A DNA stretch of 64,000 nt, taken from Balanoglossus misakiensis (taxonomy: Eukaryota; Animalia; Hemichordata). This document shows positions 38,118 through 50,300 of this stretch, piece after piece. The notes beneath the pieces are model-generated. The model was not told the DNA's origin. It worked only from the letters and a program-made list of their open reading frames with translations, and ran no database searches. Position 1 is the stretch's first letter; the number at the start of each line of letters is the position of its first letter. The stretch is from positions 2,906,699 to 2,970,698 of the forward strand of contig CM082581.2 in assembly GCA_040954595.2 (NCBI GenBank), in the 5' to 3' direction. Made by a program: the position numbers and the translations under genes.

Positions 38118-38845
38118 TCAACTTGCACCAGAATCAGGTTCGACATGACTGGCCTCCTGAGATATTCCTTCATCTTGACTTTCATCGTCGTCGGGTACCA
38201 ATTCTTCGGTGATGTAGCCACGTAATAAAGATTGCAAACTTAACAGTCGACAATTCACTTGCGCACAGAGGGACTCGAGCGTTTCGGTTCGTTCTTGCAA
38301 AGACAACAGCATGAATAGGTACTGATGGAAGTGATCCGTACGTAACTTGAAATATTTATCTGCTTCTTCCGATCTTTTAACATGCGTTTCGATGTCACCA
38401 ACCGCAACAATAAGTTCATGGATCGTTTTCTGAGAAACATTATATTGTCCCTATAAATTGTCCATGCACTCACTGTTCAATTTCACGATGGAACTCATAT
38501 CGTCCGTCAAATGAAGCATTCCATCAGCTTGTTTTAACATTTCGGATTTCAAAGCATCAAGATGTGTAGCTAAAGTCACGACGTCTTGGACCGTTGCCGT
38601 TCCGAAGAGCGATTTTGAAATCTTTCCAATGAATGGGAGCAAAAAATCACGAGCTTGTCTAGATGATCTACCAGCGTCATATGGAGTTTGTCTAACGTGA
38701 CCGGTGTGGTAGGAAACGAAAGCGTTCAATTCATGGACGTACCTGCGAATATCGACTCGTTGTGCGGGCATCCAAGGAGGAGAGCGCGTGCCGGAACATC
38801 CTGCAAACGGAATCTGAATCGTTGCACACCGGTGGATGAGGGTAT
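38118..38845 (-). pseudogene. Retroelement envelope (class I fusion, baculovirus-F/errantivirus-env-like) fragment
   Basis: Furin-type site and fusion peptide RSSRQAR|DFLLPFIGKISKSLFGTATVQD, then a heptad-rich helix. ORFs 38451-38900 and 38118-38312 are one frame split by a single TAG at 38451-38453. The env-like part ends near LQSLLRGYITEELVP. Confidence 0.75.
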
Positions 38846-39627
38846 TCGTTTTCTTGAGATTACTCCTATATAGCGTGATCCTCATCTTGGTAGCCGGCAC
38901 TATAGCTAAGTCAGTTGACTGCGGTTATTCATACAGAATTTCCCAACTCAACTGATCATCAATAATGATTGCCAAATAGTTCTTCTTGTAGTAACTATAC
39001 AATAACATTCCACCACACATTCGAGGAAAGGTACAGAGAAAACTCAAACGTTGAACCGTGCATAATACCATTGTGGCTATTCAATAACGCACGACCTTCA
39101 AGGGGGTCATAGTAAAATATTTACTATTTAGCCAAAAGATCGCATTTAGTTCTTGTGGACGGAAACGAGCGGTTTACAGATAGTGTACATTAACTTCAAG
39201 AATTTTAAGTTGGTTTGACATAAATCATCACGATAACCTGAGATTGGTAGTTCATAATATTTGATACAGTTTGTCTTTTTGTATAACATGTATATCTTTA
39301 ATCAGAAAATTTTCAGAAATTCAGCCGTTTGATAGGTTAATTAAATTTCAGTTTTCACTCCAAAATAGAACCAGTTTTAGCCATTTCAAAATTGATTTCC
39401 CATGTGATCAACACTTCTGTCAGGACACTGACATTCACATCATCGGTAGTCATCAGCCTCCATTTGTGACCAATGAACTTAAAAATGAAAGTCTCGTATA
39501 TACAGAAATCTGAATGCACATTCTCGGGTACATTTGGCTCATATGAATATGGGTTGGAACAAATAACTTAAACGATGTAGTAATGATCACGTCATTAAAG
39601 ATCTTTTACCCAAAACACAAACATGTA

Positions 39628-40189
39628 TATTGACAATCTGACTGTCACGGATGAGCTCATAAATACAATATACGCCAAAACCCAAGCATGCCAATGTGCC
39701 CACAGTTGGCTTGTTAATATGCAAGACACGTACGTACCCACATGCCAACTATTTAGGGCAAAAAAGTATATCACGCATATATGCATGTGTATCCTTCACT
39801 CTACTGTAGTATGATGCAAACAAGTAATTTACAGAAAGATTATTAGACAATCTGACTTTGAACTTCTGGATACAATATACGCCAAAACCCAAGCAAGCCA
39901 ATGTGGGCGTGTCCATATACAGTACCCAATGTCAACTATCTAGGGCAAAGAAGTATATCATATGCATATGCATGTATATGGCTTATCCTACTGCAGTCGA
40001 GTTGACCTGTCTAGGGCATTCAAAATGGCAAGGTACAGAAAAATTATAACGTTCAATCGTACATAATAGTATAAACGCTATTCATTAATTCTGACCTACA
40101 AGGTGAAATAAGCCAGGTCATAGTAACAGAAGTGTATCATGTACATATGCATGCATGGTTTACCCTTCTGTAGTACGGTGCAAACAAGA
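39628..40189. repeat. Degenerate ~215-bp tandem duplication (two units plus a partial third) upstream of GMC gene 1
   Basis: gacaatctgact...atacaatatacgccaaaacccaagca..ccaatgtg...tagggcaaa.aagtatatca is repeated at about 39630 and 39845, with a partial copy at 40128-40189. Confidence 0.7.
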
Positions 40190-40277
40190 CCCAAGGACAA
40201 CTGATTTATCTAGGTATCGGTGACCTGTTTATGTCACGAGGGTCGTTGAGCCGCCCCGCCAAAGCCACTCATTCAAC

Positions 40278-42342
40278 ATGGCCGACAGCGTCGAATCGGT
40301 CACGTATGATTACGTTGTTATCGGAGCGGGCAGCGCAGGCTGTGTACTTGCTAATCGTTTATCGGAAAACGACGATGTCAGCGTCCTTCTGCTGGAGGCC
40401 GGTCCGGACGACAACAAACCAGAAATCCACGACCCTGTAGAGATCAGGACAGCCTTGTTGTCTGAAATTGATTGGCAATACCAGGTGAACATGTTTTTTT
40501 TTATGTTCGTGTATATCTTTACTCACAAAGATAAAGTTCCTTTTGTGATTTTTTTATCTAGTACTATAGTTCCACCCCCAGTAGCAGCTTCGTCCAGTTG
40601 TGTTCTGTATATGTTGCCTTACCGCACTCCCTGAGTGTGTTGTTGAGTAATAAAATTAAAGTTAAAATTTAAGTTAGGCCTAAAGTTAATTCCTGGTCCT
40701 CAGGTGACCTTTACAAATGACACTTGTGAGATTCATTTAATTAGAAAAGCCAACATGTCGTCTGCGCATGGATTGGCCACTTACATACTGTTTGAGAAGT
40801 GACTTGACATGTCCGAAATAATTGTGATCGTACCAATCCGTATAGGTCATAGGTCACATATACAACGGGGCAATTAACATAGTATGTATCTGTATAGCGT
40901 GCAGGCAGTGTATACTGTAGCTCACGTTTGTGGCCACGTGAGATAGATAAGATTTTACTGTGAGCACACATTCTCATCAGCTGGTGACAACCCCCAACCA
41001 TTTCCTGGACACATTAAATCAGAAAATCGTCGAATTTATATCTGGTGTAAATTACAGTTGGGACGATCCATTTTTATTTTGCAGACGGTTCCGCAGAAAC
41101 ATGCATGTTATGCTTTGAATGACCATCGCTCTACCTGGCACAGAGGCAAGGTAAGAAGCGGGAATTTTACCACATATTAGTACTACATGTATCTCCTGGC
41201 GAGTCATTCATTTAACAGAACATATAAACGTGTGACTCAGTGTGACCCTTGTCGTTGTCCAAACGATCGTTTACAGGTTCTTGGCGGTTCGAGCAGCATC
41301 AATGGCATGATGTATGTCAGAGGTTGCAAAGAAGACTTCGATTCCTGGGCAAGACTGGGAGCTAAAGGATGGAGCTACGATGAAGTGCTTCCATACTTTC
41401 TGAAATCAGAAAACAACACGAAGTGAGTTAACAAGGATGAAATCCCACATTTCTAATGGCACCGAAAATAGCTGGTGTCTTATATAATAAAAGCAAAACA
41501 CAGAGAAAAAATGGAATCCAATGTTACGTTTTACTGTCACACAGTTGTGGAATCATTTGCGGCCATCACTTCTATAAATAAATCTTTGCCTGTCACGTTT
41601 ATGCTTATATTTGATCCGTTAAAGTAACTGGTTTGACATTTTTGTTGCTGCGATTACAGTGAGCAATATGCAGAAACTGATTATCATTCTAAAGGAGGGT
41701 ATCTTACCGTATCGGACCTGTCCCATACAAGCAAAACCAGCCTACTGTTAATTGAAGGAGGTAATTATCACACAACACAATGTGATGAATTAACATGTAT
41801 TGACAAAAATGAGTTTGTTTTCCATATGTGGGTATCATTATTCCGTAATTCCAATATCATCACCAAGGTGTTTATTATGCACCTAAAGCAGTGTATCCCT
41901 CAAACGTTTCACGGTTTATGAAGTGAGGAGCTGATAAAGGCTGACAATAGATTACCATTGTATTTACGATAAATATTTCAATTAACATCGCGCCGTTTCC
42001 ACATATTCATTTCTCACAGCCAAAGAATTGGGATTCAAAGAAACCGACGGCAACAACTGTATTGATCCGGTAAGCAAAATGTCACATTATTGTCACTCTA
42101 TTGTCAAGACACAAGAAAATATCTCTGTGTACTTTATAGAACTGAATATTTACCAGTGTTATGTAAATGATTTTCTTTCCTTTCATAGTTTGGTTTTAGC
42201 CACACACAGGTGACCATGAAAGATGATAAACGATGCAGCACAAGCGATGCTTTCCTTAACCCAGTGAAGGAACGGAAAAACCTGACGATTTTGACTGATA
42301 CACTGGCAACTAAGGTGAGAAATGTTGTATGTATATTTCATG

Positions 42343-42374
<32 letters not shown>

Positions 42375-45300
42375 TGTATGTATGTATGTATGTATGTATG
42401 TATGTATGTATGTATGTGTGTATGTGTGTATGTATGTATGTATGTATGTATGTATGTATGTATGTATGTATGTATGTATGTATGTATGTATGTATGTATG
42501 TATGTATGCGTGCACGCGCACGCGTGTGTGTGTGCGTGCGCGCACGTGTGTGTGTGTGTGTCTTAAAACCTGCACCCAATCCCATATAATGCATGTTTAT
42601 TAAAATAGCATAATGCTCGTAACCATATTTTAGATCGTGTTCGATGACAAGAAAGCTACCTTGGTGGAAATTTTAAAATGCGGCGAGAGCGGCGAAGTAA
42701 AGGTGCGCAAAGAAGTCATTTTGTCAGCTGGGGCCATAGCATCTCCTCAGGTATACATTTATTTCTTAAATACTCTTAGTGTTTGTTAAATTCAGTTGGA
42801 AACAATCCACATCCATTCTGTTCGGCAAACATGCGGAATAAAGCGCTTATTTTTGGGTTTAGTTTGACAACATTACAGAATATGAACTTTTAACTTTAAA
42901 GTAAAATCTACAATCGCATAACTCAGAACCTTGTGGATTTAACATGGATTAATATTATAACACTTCTGAAGCAACTTATACACATTTTATTTTTTATTTC
43001 ATGCACGGTCAAATTGCATTAAAGTAATTTCAGTTTTTACGACATCGTACCAGCTCACTTAGTTAATCAGAAGCGCTTGCTTTTCCTTTTCACAATCAGT
43101 GTACGAAATAAAGCCTGTCCGAAGGTCCGAGACTGGTTGATTTTCTGTAGGACTGGTAAAAATAAAATGTTACCAGTCCGACAGACAGGTTGAATTTATC
43201 ATGGGAGTTAACCAGTGGTATCATCATGACATTTTTTATTTCATGCACGGTCAAATTGCATTAAAGTAATTTCAGTTTTTACGACATCGTACCAGCTCAC
43301 TTAGTTAATCAGAAGCGCTTGCTTTTCCTTTTCACAACACAATATAAATTGACGCTATCAATAATTTTGCCTCTCCGCAGCTTCTGATGATATCAGGTGT
43401 GGGACCTCGAGATCATCTTGAAGAAGTTGGAATACCAGTTTTGTGCGACCTACCAGTGGGAGAAAATATGCAGGTAATTTAAATGAGTTGACTGAGTCAA
43501 TGATTGATACTGTTACGAGACTAATGCAATCTATCACATCTTTCCTGAACTTTATAACATAAAGTATGACGGCTGCATTTTGACTTTTCCAGGATCACAT
43601 CATGACACTGGTGAAATATAAAGGCCATGCGGGCGGTATCGAACAGGTATGCATATATCAGCACTTTCCCAGATGTATTTGCTTTCTGTCAATGACTTTC
43701 CTGGAACTTACTGTATTGCTTACTGAACGTCTGCTTGCTTATATTTCAGGGTTGGCCCACAAACGGCTTAGAAGTGTATGGATTAATCAAAACGGTGGTA
43801 AGTGCCTTCATTAGTCAGAGTAAATAACAAATCAGATCAATCGACGCATTGTTGCAAGTCAAGTGGCATGGCTGGAGTAATGAGCTTGCAATCAGAGGAT
43901 CAAGGCTTCAGATTGTGTTATGAATAGCTGTGGTGTTGTGCTGTGTTGTCTCCTTGACGAAGGTACTTGACTTATCACTGTTACAACCTACCCAGGAATG
44001 GTGGTGAGGGGTACCTGGAAGGATCTCGGCAGAGGTTGTAATATGCCCCACAACAGAGTAAAAGATCATGTACTATCACGTATACCCGAGCTCACCATGG
44101 TGATAATCACCTGCTATAGCCAAGCAGTTGAACACTTTTATGTTATTAACATAAAGCATGCATACCATTTTTATTATAACACGACAGGATACGCTCCCGT
44201 GGCCCGACCTACAGTTGTTCTCCATGCCAGTTTATTACTATATGGGGAGACATGAAAAGAATAAAGTTAACATCAGCAAAGAGTGAGTATTGCCACACAC
44301 AAAAAAAGCATCCTAGTTGCCATCACCAAACGACATGCATGTGGCAATAAGCTCATTTCTCGAATGGTGCACCACATGAAGCAACAGCGAAAGTGCTTCC
44401 AATGGTATTTCAAAGAAAGACCAAAACTTAAAGCATTGGCAAACAAAGAGATCAATTTGTATGCCATCAATAAGATACTAGAGCACGGTGTGTGAATGTC
44501 TGCTCGTTGTGTAAGTGGACACTGTTCGGTTTGATTGTACAATTTGCACCATCCCATTTAAGTACATGTAAGAATAAATACTTACTTGTAACTATCTTCT
44601 TTAAAGGAGTGGTCATTACAGTCGTCGTGTATTTTCAAGTTTTCTACTCTATTACTGGTGTAGGTGGTGCATCCTGTGAATTGCGAGTGACTGAACAATG
44701 ATGATTTAAAAAGGGAACGATGTGTTAATGATATCCGTATGATATCCCGCGTTTTGCACAGAATGTGACATGCATACTGTTCCCGCCAATTTTGTATGAG
44801 AGTTATTTACATCGCGCTCTTTACAGATTTGGCGATGCTCTCAGGCACATAGAAGACGATGTTGCAATGGATGCTGCAGAAGGGATTCTCTTCCTTCCAG
44901 GTCTGCTTCACCCAAAAAGTGTTGGTGAACTCAAACTTAGCAGCCGAAACCCGCTTGATCATCCAGTAATTGACCCACACTATTTGGAAGACCCGGAAGA
45001 TGTGAAAACCATGATAAAGGTATAGACATTCACACAGTTTAACTTATTTCCATTATTTCTTTTTAAAAGATTGGTGAATTTAGAATACAATTATGTGTAG
45101 TTTCTGATTCCGATTCACTTATAATCTTTTCTCCTATCTATAGAGTGTCCGTTTCATTCAGAAGCTGATGAACACTAATGCTATGAAGGGCCATGGGTAA
45201 GTTTCCTAATGTATGCATGTATAGGCAAAATATATTTGTATTCATGAGAGAGCCATTAAGAGAGAACGAGGCGGACAGACAGATTTAGACACACATAGAG

Positions 45301-45888
45301 AAATATACCTTAAGACTTCTCCTCTTTCGTGTTGCAGGATAACTCCATCGTATTTCAAGTTTGACAATTGTCCTCACGAGGTAGACAGCGATGCATATTG
45401 GGAACACGTCATTCGCCACCTAACATTCACGATTTGGCATGTTGTGGGAACATGCAAAATGGGAGCACCGGATGACCCATCTGCAGTGGTTGACCCATGC
45501 CTAAGGTAACAATCCCATCGGGAAATGTATTATTTAATCCACGATTATTTTGCAATAATTGTATTCTCTTAGCATAATGCTAATATCTGATGTCTGTTAT
45601 TTTTACACCAACCCGTGTATATCCTAACCATTAATGTTAACATAGTAATTCCAAAATGCACATCAAATTCAAATGTTTTAATTTTGTTGTCAAAATACAA
45701 AGTCGTGTCATTTCTGTAACATAATCAAACATTTCAGACATTTTTGTTGTTATTTCAGAGTCCGAGGATTGGACAACGTCCGTGTGGCGGATGCCTCAAT
45801 CATGCCACATCTGACCTCTGGCAATACAAATGCACCAGTCATTATGATCGCTGAAAAGGCAGCAGACCTTATCAAAGAAAGCATGTAA
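40278..45888 (+). CDS. GMC oxidoreductase (glucose-methanol-choline family FAD enzyme; choline/glucose/alcohol dehydrogenase-like), paralogue 1, 548 aa
   Basis: 15 GT-AG exons: 40278-40484, 41085-41150, 41277-41422, 41660-41760, 42020-42069, 42189-42314, 42634-42750, 43381-43473, 43593-43646, 43750-43797, 44188-44282, 44827-45019, 45144-45196, 45338-45505, 45759-45888 (1647 nt, open frame). Motifs [66 protein letters not shown] and [27 protein letters not shown]. Confidence 0.93.
42340..42560. repeat. (ATGT)n microsatellite followed by GT/GC dinucleotide repeats
   Basis: Direct observation; it generates the spurious MYVC/HTYI ORFs. Confidence 0.95.
42990..43337. repeat. Exact ~106-bp direct repeat (42990-43095 and 43232-43337) separated by a ~135-bp insert
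   Basis: ttttttatttcatgcacggtcaaattg...ttttccttttcacaa occurs twice; the insert begins cagtgtacgaaataaa. Confidence 0.9.
43862..44180 (+). mobile_element. Degenerate tRNA-derived CORE-like SINE
   Basis: Central gttgtctccttgacgaaggtacttgact...cctacccagg...ggggtacctgg resembles the CORE-SINE domain; AT-rich tail; heavily diverged. Confidence 0.4.
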
Positions 45889-47304
45889 CGGGTAATCAAG
45901 AAAACTACAAAGTAACCGAGTTGACATAGCTGCAATGTAAACACTTAAATATGTTTCTTACTAGTAGTCTAACTTCAGCACATCGCTAATAAACGGCCCC
46001 TATGATCGGACATAGCCCGTTGTGAGTGTATACAGTTAACACACCAGAATTGAAACCAACATTGCCGTATCAATTGTCCAAAATTATCTGAGTTCGTACT
46101 AGGCCTAAGACCTGCAGCTACAGTTCCCCGGAGATCGAGACCTTCACTGCATGCCTCGACCCTTCACGCTACCCTAAAGTTCTATGCTGTCAGTGTATGT
46201 ATCAAATATTCGATGTAATAAAATTAATAACACATGATGCTCGGGCAACATCATGATTTCTAGCGTGCCCTCACCTGATGTTCGGGCATATCAATATTAT
46301 GGTCAGAGATCACCATCCCTCGTGCAGACTGAAAATCCTGATATTGCCCTGTTGATGAGTTACTATTTAAGTATCGTCTGCGTGAGTATTGTAGGTCAAC
46401 CCACTATTTACGAAAATCCCTCTATAGTTCAATATGGTAAAATCACCTGGTACAATCACATATTCACGACGTACGATAAATTTAACCAGTTCACCCCAGT
46501 TCCCTCTTTAGAGGTCCAATCTTACTATAGAAAACAACAGGTTTAGACTGAACCATGGTGATGAAAGGGTTAAAAGTTGAATCATCCTGCCTAGAAGGTA
46601 CTAAAATGCGCACCTTTGCCATGTGAACGCTTTCATGAAAATCATTGCTGTGTAGCTAACCTTTGCGGATCGAGTGCTGCAGCTGTGGAAGTCTATTTCA
46701 TTAAAATTAAAAATATAAAACACCAATTTGTTGGTACTTTATATTTTGCCGAACCCTTTATAACCTGTTATTCAGATAATAAATTATTGTACTAAGAAAA
46801 TGGAGGAATCTAGGCAAATACTAATCGAAAGTCATCATATTTCCTTTATTAAATAAAATGGGAGATGCATTTCAGTTGTCTAAACAGGCATTACAATTCT
46901 CGCTACCTTAAATGCGTGTTTGCTACCTAGGTGAGTGGTGAAAATCTAATGTACGACATAACGGGATGGGAAAATAAGATGTTACGCCAAAACATAATGT
47001 TTCTGGTCTTTTATAAGGTCATAGTAAGACATTATTTTGCCAAACGATCATCTATAGTTATTTAGGACTGAAAATGGTTTAATGGCCATCACATAGTGTA
47101 CATTAATTTTAGGAATTTTAAGTTAGTATAAGTTTTTGGTATTACTTAAATCACAATCATGTTACCCTAACAGATGCAGGGACCCAGGGTGTACCGCAAA
47201 GGCCCACATTCACAGGTGAGGGCTGAATACTTTGCAATTAGGGTCAAATGTCAAATCCGTCCCAGATTCATTGTTATGACTATGACGCATGTACATCGCT
47301 CGAC

Positions 47305-50300
47305 ATGATGGCAGCCATCGAGGGAGTCAACTCATACGACTACGTTGTTGTCGGCGCTGGCAGTGCGGGATGTGTTCTAGCAAACCGCTTGTCGGAAGAC
47401 GAGAACACAAGTGTTCTACTGCTCGAGGCTGGCCCTGAAGACACCAAGCCAGAAATCCACGACCCAGCGGCGCAGGGGTTGAATTTACTATCTGAAGTTG
47501 ACTGGCAGTACCAGGTATAAGTATGTCTTTATTCATAACTGGCTCGCGCTACGACAGTCTCCGCTATTCCTTTGGCTCGGAGTCATAATTTAGGCAAGTG
47601 AAACGCATCATGATGGAATTGGGCATTTTGCGGCTTTGCGTATACCGTCGGATCACGTACATGCATTTACGTGTGTGATGACTTCAAAATGGGGTTGAAT
47701 ACAAAAGGACCCATTTGAAGTTGTCACATGCAGGTGAACCCGTGTGACATTCACAAGACCGTACTTTATGTTGACCTAGTTTTGCTGCACTTGTACGGCT
47801 GGTTTATTTGCCCTGATAAAAATTACAGGACTTTGACTCGTGTACGTGTGTACAGCAGTTCAATTTTAGCTATGTGCCCACAACGTCAACACTTATCTAC
47901 ACGTCATCTCCTCCGTACGAACCATGGCATGTGGACCAATTGGTGTCTATCTGTCTGTCTGTACATGTACTTGTAATCGATGTCTCGAGAACAGTTCATC
48001 AGATTTCATCCAACATCTTGGAATGGTAAAATCATATGTTTTGTAACTTGCATATAAATAACGTTACCAAACACTGGTAGTTCAATTACTTTTACAATGG
48101 TCGTCAATAGAGAGCGTCATTCTAGTGATACTTATCTCGCAAATTTATTATGGTTCTATGCGTGCCATCGAAGTCATCAGTTTATTTGCATATTTAAAGA
48201 ACATTTGTAATTGGTTTACTTCGAAATTTGCTGTTCTATATACATTATTCAGGATTGACTTTGATATTTACAAATAAAAAGTTAATCAACTGTCGATTGC
48301 TTGATAGTAATCGAACTACGTGTATCATGATCTCGAAATACAAAATTGTATTCAACCATATCCGACCGTGATGTTCCCTAGCGAGTTCACTTCAATGCCT
48401 GAGTAATATAAGGGGCATTTCCAAGCCCCCCTAATGTTGGTAATCATATCCGGTAATTTTGTTCTGTCAAAATATACACATCAAAGTTTTAGAAATGCGG
48501 GAAAATGCATATATATAGTTTGTCGTATGCGATATTTTAAAATACATATGCTCTGATTCACGTGTAACCAGGGAAATTTTTCCCCAACACATCTACATGT
48601 ATGTTGTGTTTGGCTTTTTTGCTTGAACTGCATGGACTATAAGTTATCGGTGGTTTGAAAACAGAGTTTTGAAGACAACTTCACAAAAGTTAAGAAGAAT
48701 ATTCATTGGGATGTTTGTTTTGTAGACGGTGCCGCAGAAGCATGCTTGTTTTGCTATGAGAGATCGTCGCTCTATGTGGCACAGAGGAAAGGTGAGACTA
48801 ACAGAGTATTCAATTTACACGTGGTATCAATGTGAATGTCTAGTATACCTCGTTGTAGAGAAGATGGAGCTATTTTTATAATATTCCTCATGCTAATACT
48901 GTGTCGTGATTCGCCAGAATCCGTCACGTGATAGGAACATAGAATCGACTATGAATTACTAGGGAAATAGCAGAAAAATATAAACCGGTCACGTAACGGT
49001 ATTAGTATGAGGGTTATTACAAAACACCTAAGGCCTGGCCTATATTCGGGCCATCGCAGCCATTTATTACCCCCGAGGGGCTGTGAGTTACAAGAATCAT
49101 ATGCTATTTCCCTCGGCCTACGGCCTTGGGAAATAGCATGTGATTCTGGTAACTCACAGTCCCTCGGGGGTAATAAACGGCTGCTATGGCCCTCATGGCA
49201 AGGCAAAATAGGTGTTCAATATAATCATGTGGCTTGCTGTTTCTGACAGCTATCACGCAAGAACCAAAAGTTCATTGGATATATGTTCATAATTCAACAA
49301 TGTCTCTCAGGTTCTTGGCGGCTCGAGCAGCATCAATGGCATGATGTATGTCAGAGGTTGCAAAGAAGACTTCGATTCCTGGGCAAGACTAGGAGCTGAA
49401 GGATGGAGCTACGATGAAGTGCTCCCGTACTTTCTGAAATCAGAAAACAACACGAAGTGAGTTTTGCAAGGAAGGGTGAACGAGTGTCAATCATCTCTGA
49501 GACGAATTAAAATAGATATGTGACGTGTATTGCCACAGCGTACCTAACGCCAGAGTTGACCGGGTAAACGTCAAAACAGTTTTGAACTGTTAAATTGATG
49601 GAGCATTTACGTAAGTGACACCTGTCATGCGCAAGTCTTTACTTTCCTGCAAAAGAAACAACATTGACAATGAGAAATTTTGTCGTTTAAAGCAAAGCAT
49701 ATGCCGATCGTGAATTCCATTCAGAAGGGGGATATCTCACCGTATCTGACCTTTCACCTACTTCAAAAACAAGCCAGCTACTCATTGAAGGAGGTAATTA
49801 TACCAAAATATATCAATATATCATCGAAATAATAAAGGTATGGGTGGTGTTTCATGCTACGACTTTTTCAAATCCACGCGTGATATCAATTTATGTTGTT
49901 GAAAGATTAATTTTCATAAAAGTCGATTAAAATTATATACAAACACATGATATCAATTTTTTTTAATGTTTCCGGACCCACGTCAATAACAAAGAGCCAT
50001 CTTTGTTTTCTTTATAGCCAAGGAACTAGGTTACAAGAACAGTGACGTGAACAACTGTGTTGACCCGGTAAGAAAATACACCGTGTCTTTCGAAGATAGA
50101 TTTCTTTTTACAATGGCGAAATATATAGGCCTACTGAGCTGTTTACTCGTTTGCAGGTTGGGTTAAACCACATCCAAGTGACCATAAAAGATGACAAGCG
50201 ATGCAGCACAGCCGATGCATTCCTTAGCCCAGCCAAACCAAGGAAAAACCTGACAATCTGGACAGAATCACTGGCAACTAAAGTAAGAATACGATTTCAT

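Noticed and set aside
42183-42603. Overlapping ORFs of MYVC/HTYI repeats
   Set aside because: Stop-free translation of an (ATGT)n microsatellite in a GMC intron; only 42189-42314 is a real exon.
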